NCBI GenBank assembly: GCA_000091205.1
Contig: AP006496.2
Strand: one strand, 5' to 3'
Source: Cyanidioschyzon merolae
Taxonomy: Eukaryota
DNA: 64,000 bases
Shown here piece after piece: positions 46,204 to 56,584 of this stretch. The number at the start of each line of letters is the position of its first letter. Within the stretch, counting starts at the first letter, position 1. The notes under the pieces were generated by a model. It searched no databases, was not told the origin of the DNA, and saw only the letters and a list, made by a program, of their open reading frames with translations. Made by a program: the position numbers and the translations under genes.

Positions 46204-49125
46204 TCACGAGGAGAACGCAGCTCCGCCAATCTGATCCCCGGTTCGAAGGACCGTCCCTGGCGATGCAATGTCGCCATTCAGCATAGGTACACCAGCGACA
46301 TCACCCAAGGTGGTGCCGCGAGGAAGTCGGAGCAACTTGCCCGAACTCTTATCGAATACGACGACATGCTGTTCCAGTTCAACGATTTGATGATAGAGTA
46401 CGCGAAAGTATTCACTGGTTGTTCCCAACGAAGCTGTGACGGTATCATCGAGAATAACATCCGCTCGACGCGACTCGGAATGCGTCAGTGTTTCCGAGGC
46501 GAGCGTCTCGCCTGAGGGCGGCTGCGTTGCCGGTAACGCTGCGACACGAGCGGGTGTATCCGATGGACCCGCTGCCGTTGTTGCTGCCGTCGGTGTGCTT
46601 ACGGCACCCGAGGCATCCGCCAGTGAGGCTACAGCAGCATCCGAGTCCGCTGCGACGTTGGATTCAAATTCGAACTCACCAACAGAAGGAGCACAGGGCG
46701 TATTGGCTAACGCCGCAGCATGCGCGATAGCGTTCCACGCAACAGCTTTCTCCCGTTCGCTCATGGCAGACGGCGAGACTGTGGTATTCGCAAAGCCCCG
46801 ATCCGTGAACAGATTCAGATTCTGCTTGTAGAGCCAGTGCGCGGCCCTGCCGTACTCCGCCAGCCGATGCATTCGCTCCGAACGCACCTGAACCTCAACC
46901 GGGAAGCCGTCGATAACTACCGTGGTATGCAGACTCTGATACCCGTTCTCCTTGGGCCAACGTATGAAATCGCGTCGCCTTTCGCGCACACTTGGCCAGA
47001 GTCGCTCGATGATGGCCATGACGGCGTCGCATGCCTCCAGCTCGCTGCTCTGATGAACCGGTCGCACAACAACCCGCAACGCCATCAGATCCAGAATGCT
47101 GTCGATGCCGCTCCCGAGACGAATCATCTTCCGGTACGTCGAGTAGAGACTCTTCACACGACCTCTGATGCGCCACGACCAAATGTAACTGTGCAACTGA
47201 GGCTCCAGACTGAGCGCATTTTCGATCGCTTGGCGAGCGTACTCGAGGATATCGGCACCTGCATCAAAGCGCAGTGCAACTTGCCGTCGCAGCGCCTCAC
47301 TCTGTTTTGGAAACAACAGCAAAAACGCCAGCTCCTCCATTTCGCATTGGAGGTAGTAGATGCCGAGCTGATTTGCGAGCGGAGCTACCACTTCCAGCGT
47401 CAAGAGAGCCAATCGCTGGGCAGTCGCATGCGTCATTGCGTCGAGCCGCTGCCTAGCGGGCGCGAGACTCGCCCGCTGGTCATCAGCGCCATCCGTATGG
47501 GATCGCGTCTCGCAAGACGCCTCTCGTGGTGTCAAGAGTCCGGGTGATACGCACGTGGGTGCTTGTTCCGCGGTCTCCTGCATCGAATTCAGTGAGCGAT
47601 CAGCAGGCGTATGCGAAACTGCAGGAGCACCAGAGGCATATGCCCCGGACGCCGTCGACGTACCCCTCACGACAGACGTCGCCACCGACTCGTCCATTGA
47701 CGACGCTGCCTCGCAGCTTCTTTGTGGTGCATTTCCCTCAGCTGCGCACGTATCTGGCGACGATGTTGCAGCGTCCATATCATCCATGAGGCCGAATGCT
47801 TCGCTGTACACGCGCAACTCGTGCAGCGTCCCTGCAAAAAAGAGCGCCAACGCGCGCCAGTCTTTGGCGACACCGATAAGCAGCTGCCGCAGACCTGCGG
47901 GATTCGAATCCATACTCGTCGCGTAGATAATGCCACGTATCGCCCTCTCCTGAATCAGAATATCTGCAACCGACCGGCCGAACTCGCTGGCGATCTCTCG
48001 CGTAGCCAGTGGTGTGTCCAGCAGAGCAGCTGCCAGCACAGCCTCGAGGTCCATCTGCAAGTCGATGACTGTATTCAGAACAGCACGACAGCGAGCGAAG
48101 CTGCGGTGTTTGCGCTCCTCGTGTATGGCGACACCCCAGGGTGTAGTCGACACAGCCGCTATGCGCCGTGCCGCCCTGTCGCTTGTACTTGGCGCGCTAG
48201 CTGCGTCCGGCGACAGGCGTTCGCGTTCCCCTCGCGCGCTTGTGCGCAAGTTCATGTCTGGTGGTGATGGTGGTGCATTCGCTGGGTCTGCCGTACTGCC
48301 TGCATCAGCATCTGGCGGTTGTCGAGCAGGCGAGTGCTGCATCGTAGCGGAACGCTGTAGCGAACGTTCCAGAGCAATGCGCACGAGGGATGAACCGATG
48401 GGTCCCAGGTACGCACAGCGAAGCTCGACATCTTCAATGAAGCGCTGCAAATCCTGTGTGGAGGATGGCCAGCCCGGGCCTTCCGCAACCTCACTGCATC
48501 TTCGCTGCTTTTCCAGGTTCTGGAGCGCCCGGCTAACCTGCGATGAAACCTGAATAAAATCTGAGCTGGAGACGTCTTTCGAGACTCGCTCTGGTGCCCG
48601 CCTGTGCTCGTTACGTCGCTGGCTCAGGGCTCCTGATTCGCGAGCCGCACCAAAGCACTCATACGTTCCATGCCTTGCGGGAGTGGTCGCTAGTCCCTGG
48701 CGGCGGCTGCGGTGCAGAAAAAGGCGCACGCCGACAGGTTTCCCAGTCGCTGACGGAGGCCGCTCCGGAACATCTTGCTGTTCACTGCGGGTGTTTTCAT
48801 CACCCGTGGCCACCTGAGCATCACCAGTCTTGTGTCGCACGTTCCAGACACACTTTGGTGCAGCAGAAGCGCCTTCCTCGCCATAGAACGGAGTTCGCTC
48901 AGGAAGCAGCCCCTGTTCGACCGGATCGATGCCCAGACGAAGAGCGCAGCGCCGCCCTTCGAAGCGGCCGCTACAAAACACCCTCCGTACAGGCGGAACG
49001 CGTAGGAGTGCTCTGTTTGCCGCACATAGTGCCGCCGCGCTCCCAACGAAGCCGTGAACCCGCTCTATTCGCACAGGCTGCAGACTCGGCTCAACGAAGC
49101 AGCTCGATGAGCGCCCAGTTGACAT
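46204..49125 (-). CDS. RSH: RelA/SpoT homologue (RSH): (p)ppGpp synthetase with degenerate HD domain and C-terminal TGS-like domain
   Basis: 973-aa ORF with ATG at 49125. The synthetase core reads LDLMALRVVVRP...RRDFIRWPKENGYQSLHTTVVIDGFPVEVQVRSERMHRLAEYGRAAHWLYK. The HD-domain scaffold is recognisable (DLEAVLAAALLDTPLATREIASEFGRSVADIL, VVAPLANQLGIYYLQCEMEELAFLLLFP). The C-terminus HVVVFDKSSGKLLRLPRGTTLGDVAG...VLRTGDQI is TGS-like. Confidence 0.85.
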   Translation of the reverse strand: MSTGRSSSCFVEPSLQPVRIERVHGFVGSAAALCAANRALLRVPPVRRVFCSGRFEGRRCALRLGIDPVEQGLLPERTPFYGEEGASAAPKCVWNVRHKTGDAQVATGDENTRSEQQDVPERPPSATGKPVGVRLFLHRSRRQGLATTPARHGTYECFGAARESGALSQRRNEHRRAPERVSKDVSSSDFIQVSSQVSRALQNLEKQRRCSEVAEGPGWPSSTQDLQRFIEDVELRCAYLGPIGSSLVRIALERSLQRSATMQHSPARQPPDADAGSTADPANAPPSPPDMNLRTSARGERERLSPDAASAPSTSDRAARRIAAVSTTPWGVAIHEERKHRSFARCRAVLNTVIDLQMDLEAVLAAALLDTPLATREIASEFGRSVADILIQERAIRGIIYATSMDSNPAGLRQLLIGVAKDWRALALFFAGTLHELRVYSEAFGLMDDMDAATSSPDTCAAEGNAPQRSCEAASSMDESVATSVVRGTSTASGAYASGAPAVSHTPADRSLNSMQETAEQAPTCVSPGLLTPREASCETRSHTDGADDQRASLAPARQRLDAMTHATAQRLALLTLEVVAPLANQLGIYYLQCEMEELAFLLLFPKQSEALRRQVALRFDAGADILEYARQAIENALSLEPQLHSYIWSWRIRGRVKSLYSTYRKMIRLGSGIDSILDLMALRVVVRPVHQSSELEACDAVMAIIERLWPSVRERRRDFIRWPKENGYQSLHTTVVIDGFPVEVQVRSERMHRLAEYGRAAHWLYKQNLNLFTDRGFANTTVSPSAMSEREKAVAWNAIAHAAALANTPCAPSVGEFEFESNVAADSDAAVASLADASGAVSTPTAATTAAGPSDTPARVAALPATQPPSGETLASETLTHSESRRADVILDDTVTASLGTTSEYFRVLYHQIVELEQHVVVFDKSSGKLLRLPRGTTLGDVAGVPMLNGDIASPGTVLRTGDQIGGAAFSS

Positions 49126-49884
49126 AAACCAACTGTTTTCCTTACCAATAGTAAAGTAATTCTATTCTTGGAACACGCTCTCTGTCGTTGAATGCAGACC
49201 ACCCGACCCGTATGTCTCGGTTATCGAGTACGTTCCGTGACGCTCCCTTCACACAGCGCGCTACCGACACGTCATCTGCGCTCGGGGCTTCGCAGGCCGT
49301 TTCGTGCCGGTAATCCGGACATCCGGACAATCTCGCGATGGCGGGAACGCGCTGATGCGCTGGCGCTCCCAGTCTTCTGGACCTCCATCCAGATATGAAA
49401 CAAGTGCTGGCAAGAGTAGTCATCGAAGGGTGCCCCAGTCGTTGTGCAGTGTTCTAGTCAACGCGGTGCACGCTGGCTGGAATACCTGGTCCAAGACGCC
49501 GAGTCTGTGTTTGCGGGGTTTTTATCACAGGTATCCGCAGGAGGGATTGGAACCTGTTGGTGTGGGGACGTTCGTGCAGGGACCTGGTGCTGTCACTGCT
49601 AGCCTGCGAAGAACGGCTGCACTTGTACAGGTCAGTCGTTTGTAGGTCAGCAGGGCGATGAACCACGCGTTTCGTGGTCACGGTCATGAAGTTGTTGCAG
49701 ACAGCACGGAAAGTATCCAACGGTATGTATAGGACTCGCTCCTTCTTATTGCAATGCATTCCGAGCGATGTTTGAGAGTTTTTGGAAGAGATGTCACAGG
49801 TTGAGAAGTTTTCCGCACCGCTGATACGAAACGATGATAGAGAAGCACGAATGGACCGAGAAATTGCGGCGATAGGGGATGACG

Positions 49885-50962
49885 AATGCATTCATAGAAT
49901 CCGGGTTCTCGGTCGAGTTTTCCGAGTGGCTCGTTCGACTCCTTGCCGCTGGAAATCGTTATGTGCACGTTACAAGGGGAGTGTCGACGCCCTCGATCTA
50001 CGCTTCGTAACGTGAACGGGAGCACTATCCGAATCATACGATGCGGACTCTGCGTTTCAACATTCCTTGCCTGCAGCACGCTCAGATACCGAATTCTTCA
50101 AGTTTTCGATGGTTCTGCTTCAAGGCAGCACGAGGGCGCAGCAGGCATCGCCGCTGGATGGACGACGACGGGGAAAAACTCTACATCAGCTTTGGAGACT
50201 TTCCCAGACGCTCATGCCGAAAGTTCACTGAACCTGTCTCATCAAGCAACAGATTCAGCTCGGAACACATACCCTCCGCTCTTGGTGGCCGTCGACGACA
50301 TGTCATTCGGCATCCGACGGCAGCAGCACGGTGCCTCTCAGGGGGTATGCACTCAGGGGCTGGCGGCTCATCTGTTTGCCAGCAAAGGGTCTTGGACTCG
50401 CGCTTGAGTCATCGATGCGATCGCATTTGGCGATACGAGCGCCATCGCTTTCCATGAACGGGGGCGTAGACGGATCGCATTTTCTCGACCTGCTCTCATG
50501 TCTAGATGTTCGGTCTGGTACTGGTCTCAAGACGTGGAAGAAAGTGTCCCGCAAACCCTGTATCGAGTGGTGCTGCTTGCTCTTGCGCGTGCGGTTCAGA
50601 GGGCATGCGCTGAGGGCATCGCACAGACCAAGCCCGTGCACCTGCGACACAACACCGGGTGCGGAAACGGCGGAGGGCATTTCTGGGTCAGCCTTGTTTA
50701 TCGCGCCAAGGGTGTGTAACGGGCGATGACGCCAACGTCCAAGCGCCACAAAGCGGCTGTCCGTAAGTAGCGCGTCTCGTGGGCGCATGGGAGCGCCCCT
50801 GTGCATTCATTTGTCAACGGTGCGACGTGCGCACCGAGGCTGTATACAGAAGAAAAGAGTATCGTATGCGAAGCGTAGATCGCATGTAGCGTCTGTCGGC
50901 TCAATGAATAGAACGTAGCGGAAAGCAGGGAATTCGGGCGTTGAACGCTGCCATCAACATCC
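49885..50962 (+). mobile_element. Repeat family P, copy C (1.08 kb, truncated at both ends relative to copy B)
   Basis: Collinear with B at a constant offset of 5603 bp (B 44282..45359) and in the same orientation. About nine amino-acid-changing differences are visible in the duplicated ORF translations. Confidence 0.7.
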
Positions 50963-51527
50963 TCACTACTATCAGCAAACGAAACCGGAGGGGAAAGGAG
51001 TCACCCGCGTATTGAAAGCCGGACCCAGATGAGAGTAAACGAGAGCAGTCTCATAAAATCCCCAAAGGCTTGTCTGGATGACCACAGGAAGAGATTCAAG
51101 TTCGAGCATATACGCCCGAGTTCGATCAATGCACCTGTCGCGTTCTGCGCCGCCACGGGGTCTCGGTACCCCGTTCGATCGCAGCGCAGCGGCCCCAGCG
51201 TCCTTCCGTTGGCGTGATGCGCATGATCCGCCGCTGGCTGCCGCCGCGGCACGCACGCAAGCACACACACCGACACCAGTGTCTCTATACTTCAATACAT
51301 GTCCATATGTTAATGTGTCATTATATTTCTATTTCTGTCCATCTACGCGAAGCACCGCGCACAGGCACAGCGCGTCGCCGTCGTCGCCGCCGTCGCGATC
51401 GACGCGCCAACGCCACAAAGCAGCCCGTGCGGCACACATCGCGTACAACGCATCCGTTCGTACCGACAAGCTGCGAGTTTGTGCAGTACTGTGTTTTGTT
51501 GCAGGTTAGCTACGCTCGCGATCGTCC

Positions 51528-52511
51528 ATGTCGGAGGCAACAAAACAGCAGGCTGCGGTAAGCACGGAGCAGGTGCAGAAGGCGAAGCAGAAGGCGAAAA
51601 CCTCCGTGACATCTTTCTTGAAGGACTTGGCTGCGGGTGGTGTTGCGGGAGCGATCAGCAAAACGGCGGTGGCACCGATCGAGCGTGTGAAGCTGCTGTT
51701 GCAGATTTCGTTGAGCAACCCGCAAATAAAGCCAGAGGACCGTTATAATGGAATTTTCGATACTTTCCGGCGTGTCGTGCGAGAGCAGGGCTTTTGGTCG
51801 CTATGGCGTGGGAACATGGCGAACGTACTGCGCTACTTCCCGACACAGGCGTTGAACTTTGCTTTCAAGGACACGTACAAGCAAATGTTCTTGGCCGGCG
51901 TAGATAAGGACAAACAGTTCTGGCGTTTCTTTATGGGTAACCTGGCTAGTGGCGGAGCTGCTGGCGCCACCTCGCTTCTCGTTGTGTACCCGCTGGACTT
52001 TGCGCGAACGCGCCTGGCTGCTGACGTCGGCAAGGGGAAGGATCGAGCATTCACCGGCCTTGGTGACTGCATCATGAAGATCTACCGGAGCGATGGCCTT
52101 CGGGGACTCTATCAAGGATTCGGCGTAAGTATTCAAGGCATTATTGTGTACCGGGCGGCATTCTTTGGCTTCTTCGACACTGCCAAGGCCTTGCTGCTGA
52201 AGGATCCACGCAACGCGCCTGTGTGGCAGTCCTGGCTCATTGCGCAGACCGTCACCACCGTGGCCGGTATTATCAGTTATCCCTTCGACACTGTTCGCCG
52301 TCGGATGATGATGCAGAGCGGTCGCGTAGGCCAGCGCGAATACACCGGCACGCTGGACTGCTGGGCGAAGATCATCAAGAATGAAGGCACTAGCGCCCTC
52401 TTCCGAGGTGCATTCTCGAATGTTATCCGAGGCACGGGCGGCGCCTTTGTTCTGGTGCTCTACGATGAGTTCAAGAAAATCATCAACCCAACAGCTGTGA
52501 TGTACAAGTAA
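51528..52511 (+). CDS. AAC: Mitochondrial ADP/ATP carrier (SLC25 family)
   Basis: 327-aa ORF from ATG 51528. Tripartite carrier repeats carry [20 protein letters not shown] and [10 protein letters not shown]. The ANT-specific RRRMMM signature is present ([13 protein letters not shown]). Confidence 0.95.
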   Translation: MSEATKQQAAVSTEQVQKAKQKAKTSVTSFLKDLAAGGVAGAISKTAVAPIERVKLLLQISLSNPQIKPEDRYNGIFDTFRRVVREQGFWSLWRGNMANVLRYFPTQALNFAFKDTYKQMFLAGVDKDKQFWRFFMGNLASGGAAGATSLLVVYPLDFARTRLAADVGKGKDRAFTGLGDCIMKIYRSDGLRGLYQGFGVSIQGIIVYRAAFFGFFDTAKALLLKDPRNAPVWQSWLIAQTVTTVAGIISYPFDTVRRRMMMQSGRVGQREYTGTLDCWAKIIKNEGTSALFRGAFSNVIRGTGGAFVLVLYDEFKKIINPTAVMYK

Positions 52512-53902
52512 GCAAGCTCTGACGTCAAGGGTGGATGCACCAAAGGCCAGATGTTTCCGCCTTCGTAACTGCTGCGATGCAAGCGGCGTAACGCCGGCGC
52601 TTGAAAGCGCAGCTAGACGGGGTGGCATATGCGAGATGAACTGTCCTGGTTGTAAACGTAAATTTGGTTTAAATTCAAACCTAGGAATCGCCGACGTTGC
52701 CTTCGAGCGCTTTTCATTGCGAGCACCGCATTGCGTCCGGAAGAGGTACTCCGTACCACACGCTTTCTCTGAGAACGCAATCCGTGGTGCATCATACCAG
52801 CAGACTAGCCACACCAAACTTTGGCAAGTTTGGAAAAGCGATCTCTAGCCGTTAGACCTGGTTGCCTGTCCGCAACAGGTTCTTGTGCGCCAGCTGCACC
52901 ATACCTGTTGTCTTTGGGCAAGCGCTTGACGCTCCCGCGACGCTGCTGGCACTTGAGCGGAAAACCATAGCGTACACAAGGGCGTTTTATCAGGTCAGCG
53001 CAGTGCATCGCAACTACTATCCGGCGCAGGGCAGGCTCCCAGAAATCCTCGTGAAGCATGAACGCCTCCGAGTAGACTATTGGTTCCGGAGGACAGGCTC
53101 ACGTCCCTAGAACGGTGCTTGGGTTTCTGTTGCGTGAACTTGAAATGTCGCTGATGACTTTGTGTGATAACAGCGCGCAGAAGCAGGTACCAGATGCATA
53201 ACCTCATGCATAGAGTCGTTTTGCGCTGGAGTTCATCCATCATTCAAGCAGCAGCAGCAGCAGCAGCTGCTGCTGCTCTTCTGGCTAGCCCCAGGCAACA
53301 GCGCTTGCGTACGACTCCGCGTAGGAAACGTTCTCTTCAGTTTGATTTGGCTTACAGCACCTGAGACACCTGCCATTGCGCCATAAATGTGTCGAAGCGC
53401 CGTCTCAGCCCCTGTTCTCCAAAGATTTCTACCTGGTGCAGCACTCGACTGAACCACAGACGGCGTCAGCACGCCTGCGGAAAAGCTGTCTGATCTTCCT
53501 TCGGTGCCTCGCACACCCGCTCTTCATCCAATACCGATCCAGACTCGCCAACCGTCGCTAGTTGTAGTCGAACAGCACCGAAAGATGGAAAAACACGGCA
53601 TGAAGCGCACAAGTCAATGACTCCGTTCATGTGTGCTGTCTGGCGACAGGCTAGCATCGACGTGCTGCTCCCGGAACCTCTGGATGCTGCACTGGACATC
53701 GGGTTTCGAATCCATCGCTCCCGCAATCCGATACGCATCCTTTCCAAAGCATAAGAGCACGACGCCTTGCCAGGATGCTGTTCAGCATTGCCCAAAAGCA
53801 AAGACAACTGACCCAGCATTACCTTTGCATATCACCAACGAATACGCCTCATATCATCGAACGAGACACGCTCGATGACCGCACCATATCCGTACGATAC
53901 AG

Positions 53903-56584
53903 TCAGGGAATCGTCTCGATATCATCGAACCAGACGCGCTCGATTACCGCACAGTTCGGAGCGGCTTCCGCTGCATCACGGTGGTCTCTGGGGTGGCCCT
54001 CCGAGTCGCTCGGTTCAGGTGTTCGCGCTCGATCGATCGGGACCTCGTCAGTCAGCAGCTTATAGCGTCGCTCGTCGCAGCCGTATGGACGTGTTCGCAG
54101 ACAAATCAGGGTGTGCAGGGGAATATCGACGTACGGCACCTGCTCCTGCTTGAGGCCCTTGAAGAAAGCATAGATACTCCGAATAATCGCATTGTGAGCA
54201 ACAATAAGAAGAGGTTTGGTTTGACGTTCAATTTCCAGAATTATCGGTTCGACTCGATGGATCACATCAAGATACGATTCTCCGCTGGGATACCGATAGC
54301 GGAGCTTGTCGGCCTTGCGCGCCTCCCAGACATCGGGAAGCTCGCGTTTGATCTGCTCATAGGTCATGCCTTCGCAGATACCCGCGTTGATTTCGTTCAG
54401 CGAGCGCCAGCAGATGCAGATATCGGTGGGAATGTGACGCACTGTGAGCCAAGTGCGTCGCAACTGAGAGCACCAGACCGTGGGCAGCGGTCTGCCTTGG
54501 AACTCTCGTTGGAGGAATTCACTGAGTCGCTTGGCGTACGCTTCACCACGACGCGTGATCGGTGGATCACCGCCAAGTTGTCCGGTGACATTCCACTCGC
54601 TCTCTCCGTGTCGGGAGAGGTAGATCAGACGCGGAACGATATGCACGCTGGTGAGGTAGGAGACAATTTTGCTCTGGAGGTGACCTTTGAGATTATACAA
54701 TACAAACTTCTTGCCGCCGTCAATGATTTTGACGTAGCTGCACCCCTCGTCCTCGGTGATCGTCTCATTGGCGCGTTCGTAGTTTCTCAGACGATTCTTA
54801 AAGTCGCGGACCGCGTAGTCAGCATCTCGGTCGCGATAATCCGGTGAATTCAGTTTCGTAGCGAGAATATTCTGTTCTACAATGCGTTCATCGTTCACAA
54901 TGGACTCAAGAAAGAGGACTCGGATACCCAGATTTTCGAGGTACTCCCGGACAAAACGTCGGCGCATTTTGGTACTGTTGGTGGCGTCGTAGATGCCCAC
55001 TTGGCCGTTCTCACCGAAAAGCCACTGGTTCATCTCATGGAGTGTACGGCGGGCAAACTCCCAGCGCAAGCGCATGCCCTCATCGTTTTCGGGCGAGAAG
55101 AAAGATGCATCGCAATCGCTGCTCTTCATGAGGCGGCGTCGCATGACGCCCACGTTAAAGATCGCTGTACGGTGACCGAGCCAGTTCAGATACCTCGCAA
55201 CCTGTTGGGCGATATGGGACTTGCCCCTGGCAGGTAGCCCTGCCATCACAATCACCAGTTTGCGAACCATGTACTTTGTTTGGCCGGCTGGTTGCGCCAT
55301 TTCTGGAAGGTCGAGTGCGCTGGAAACGCGCTTTGCCTGAGACTCGATGCGACGAAGAGTCGAAGACGCTGCTAGGACCTCGTCGCCTGTTCCGGAGTGC
55401 ATCGATCCAGCGGCGGCCTGCGCTTCCACCAAGGTACACTGCTCTTGCTCTTGGTGTTCGTGGTGCTGTTGCTCTCGTTCAGGTACGTGGCGAGAATCGG
55501 GCGGTAGCGCACGGGATGTAGCCAGGTGCTGTGGCGGTTCACACGAGGCACCTGGGTCAATGTCCGCGAGACGATTCCCGGTGCCGGTGCCCTCGCCCTC
55601 GCCGCTATACGCAAGTGTTCGATGGTATTGCGGTCGAGCCGCACGGTGCCGGTCAATGAAGGCATCTTGGATACCGCCGTAGGCCTCAGAGGAGTTGTCG
55701 GCGTCGAAGTCTACAGCCAATGGGAATGATTCCTCAGCGAGCACCGGCGTTCGCTCGGTTTCCACCCGTCCACCGCCTGCAAGCAATGACGAATCTGCGC
55801 TCACAGCGTCTTCCTCGCGCTCGTTAGAAAAGCTTCTGGGACTCGGAGCAGCAGCGAGCGGTGCCAAAGACGGCGACTCTGAGCCGACGTTCCAGCGCGA
55901 GCGCCAACCCGCTGCACTCGTGTCATATTGAGACGTTGGAAAAGCACCAGATGCTTCAGCAGTTTGGTCTCCAGTTCCGCTGCCTGAGGGATTTGTTTGC
56001 TGCGCAGGCGAGAGCGGTGTCCAATGCGTGGCGGGTGCACCCTCGGCAGCTGGGGGCTCTGCTTTCTTGGCCGGCTCCGAAGCCACGGTGTTTCGCTCGA
56101 CGTGTGTCTCAGGGACAACACCTGGTGGAGACGGTTCCGAGGCCACCCTTTGCAAGTCTAACTGTTCTAAACAAGAACTTGCGGACGCTACGGCCCCCTG
56201 CTCTGGCGCTGTGGCAAGCGTACCGCTGAACGAGCGAGCGTTCCCGGCAGCAGCGTCCGTCGACGCTTCCGTTAGCGTTCGTTCCTCCCCAGTATGTTTT
56301 TGGCGTCTGGATAATTCACTCTGGATCTCAGCAACGAAAGCAAGCGAGTCATTATAGGAGACTATGCGTTTCATGATAGCCCCAGCGGGGAAGCGCGAGA
56401 CCCGCAACCTCTGTTCCAGCCGTGCGCTACTCCCATAAAAACGCTGCCTTGTTTGACTGATGCGCAGGCCAGACAACGTCATGCGAAGCGCTCGCCTGAC
56501 TGCGCTACTCGAAGGGTCGCTCCCCCGAACTATTTCATACCTGCTTCTGACAGAAAGACTGCTTGAGAAGTGGTGAGGTGTCAT
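53903..56584 (-). CDS. 6-phosphofructo-2-kinase / fructose-2,6-bisphosphatase with long low-complexity N-terminal extension
   Basis: The kinase P-loop reads LVIVMAGLPARGKSHIAQQVARYLNWLG. The histidine-phosphatase half has YLSRHGESEWN and LLIVAHNAIIRSIYAFF. The conserved core begins around residue 437 of 893. Confidence 0.9.
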   Translation of the reverse strand: MTPHHFSSSLSVRSRYEIVRGSDPSSSAVRRALRMTLSGLRISQTRQRFYGSSARLEQRLRVSRFPAGAIMKRIVSYNDSLAFVAEIQSELSRRQKHTGEERTLTEASTDAAAGNARSFSGTLATAPEQGAVASASSCLEQLDLQRVASEPSPPGVVPETHVERNTVASEPAKKAEPPAAEGAPATHWTPLSPAQQTNPSGSGTGDQTAEASGAFPTSQYDTSAAGWRSRWNVGSESPSLAPLAAAPSPRSFSNEREEDAVSADSSLLAGGGRVETERTPVLAEESFPLAVDFDADNSSEAYGGIQDAFIDRHRAARPQYHRTLAYSGEGEGTGTGNRLADIDPGASCEPPQHLATSRALPPDSRHVPEREQQHHEHQEQEQCTLVEAQAAAGSMHSGTGDEVLAASSTLRRIESQAKRVSSALDLPEMAQPAGQTKYMVRKLVIVMAGLPARGKSHIAQQVARYLNWLGHRTAIFNVGVMRRRLMKSSDCDASFFSPENDEGMRLRWEFARRTLHEMNQWLFGENGQVGIYDATNSTKMRRRFVREYLENLGIRVLFLESIVNDERIVEQNILATKLNSPDYRDRDADYAVRDFKNRLRNYERANETITEDEGCSYVKIIDGGKKFVLYNLKGHLQSKIVSYLTSVHIVPRLIYLSRHGESEWNVTGQLGGDPPITRRGEAYAKRLSEFLQREFQGRPLPTVWCSQLRRTWLTVRHIPTDICICWRSLNEINAGICEGMTYEQIKRELPDVWEARKADKLRYRYPSGESYLDVIHRVEPIILEIERQTKPLLIVAHNAIIRSIYAFFKGLKQEQVPYVDIPLHTLICLRTRPYGCDERRYKLLTDEVPIDRARTPEPSDSEGHPRDHRDAAEAAPNCAVIERVWFDDIETIP

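Noticed and set aside
46204-49125. RelA/SpoT gene as a sign of bacterial DNA or contamination
   Set aside because: Its composition, low-complexity inserts and flanking genes (ADP/ATP carrier, PIKK, fibrillarin) are eukaryotic. Nuclear-encoded RSH genes are established in plants and algae.
51801-52817. 338-aa ORF antisense to the ADP/ATP carrier
   Set aside because: It lies opposite a very well supported gene, has no recognisable motif, and is Arg/Ala/Ser-rich. This is typical of spurious antisense ORFs in GC-rich coding DNA.
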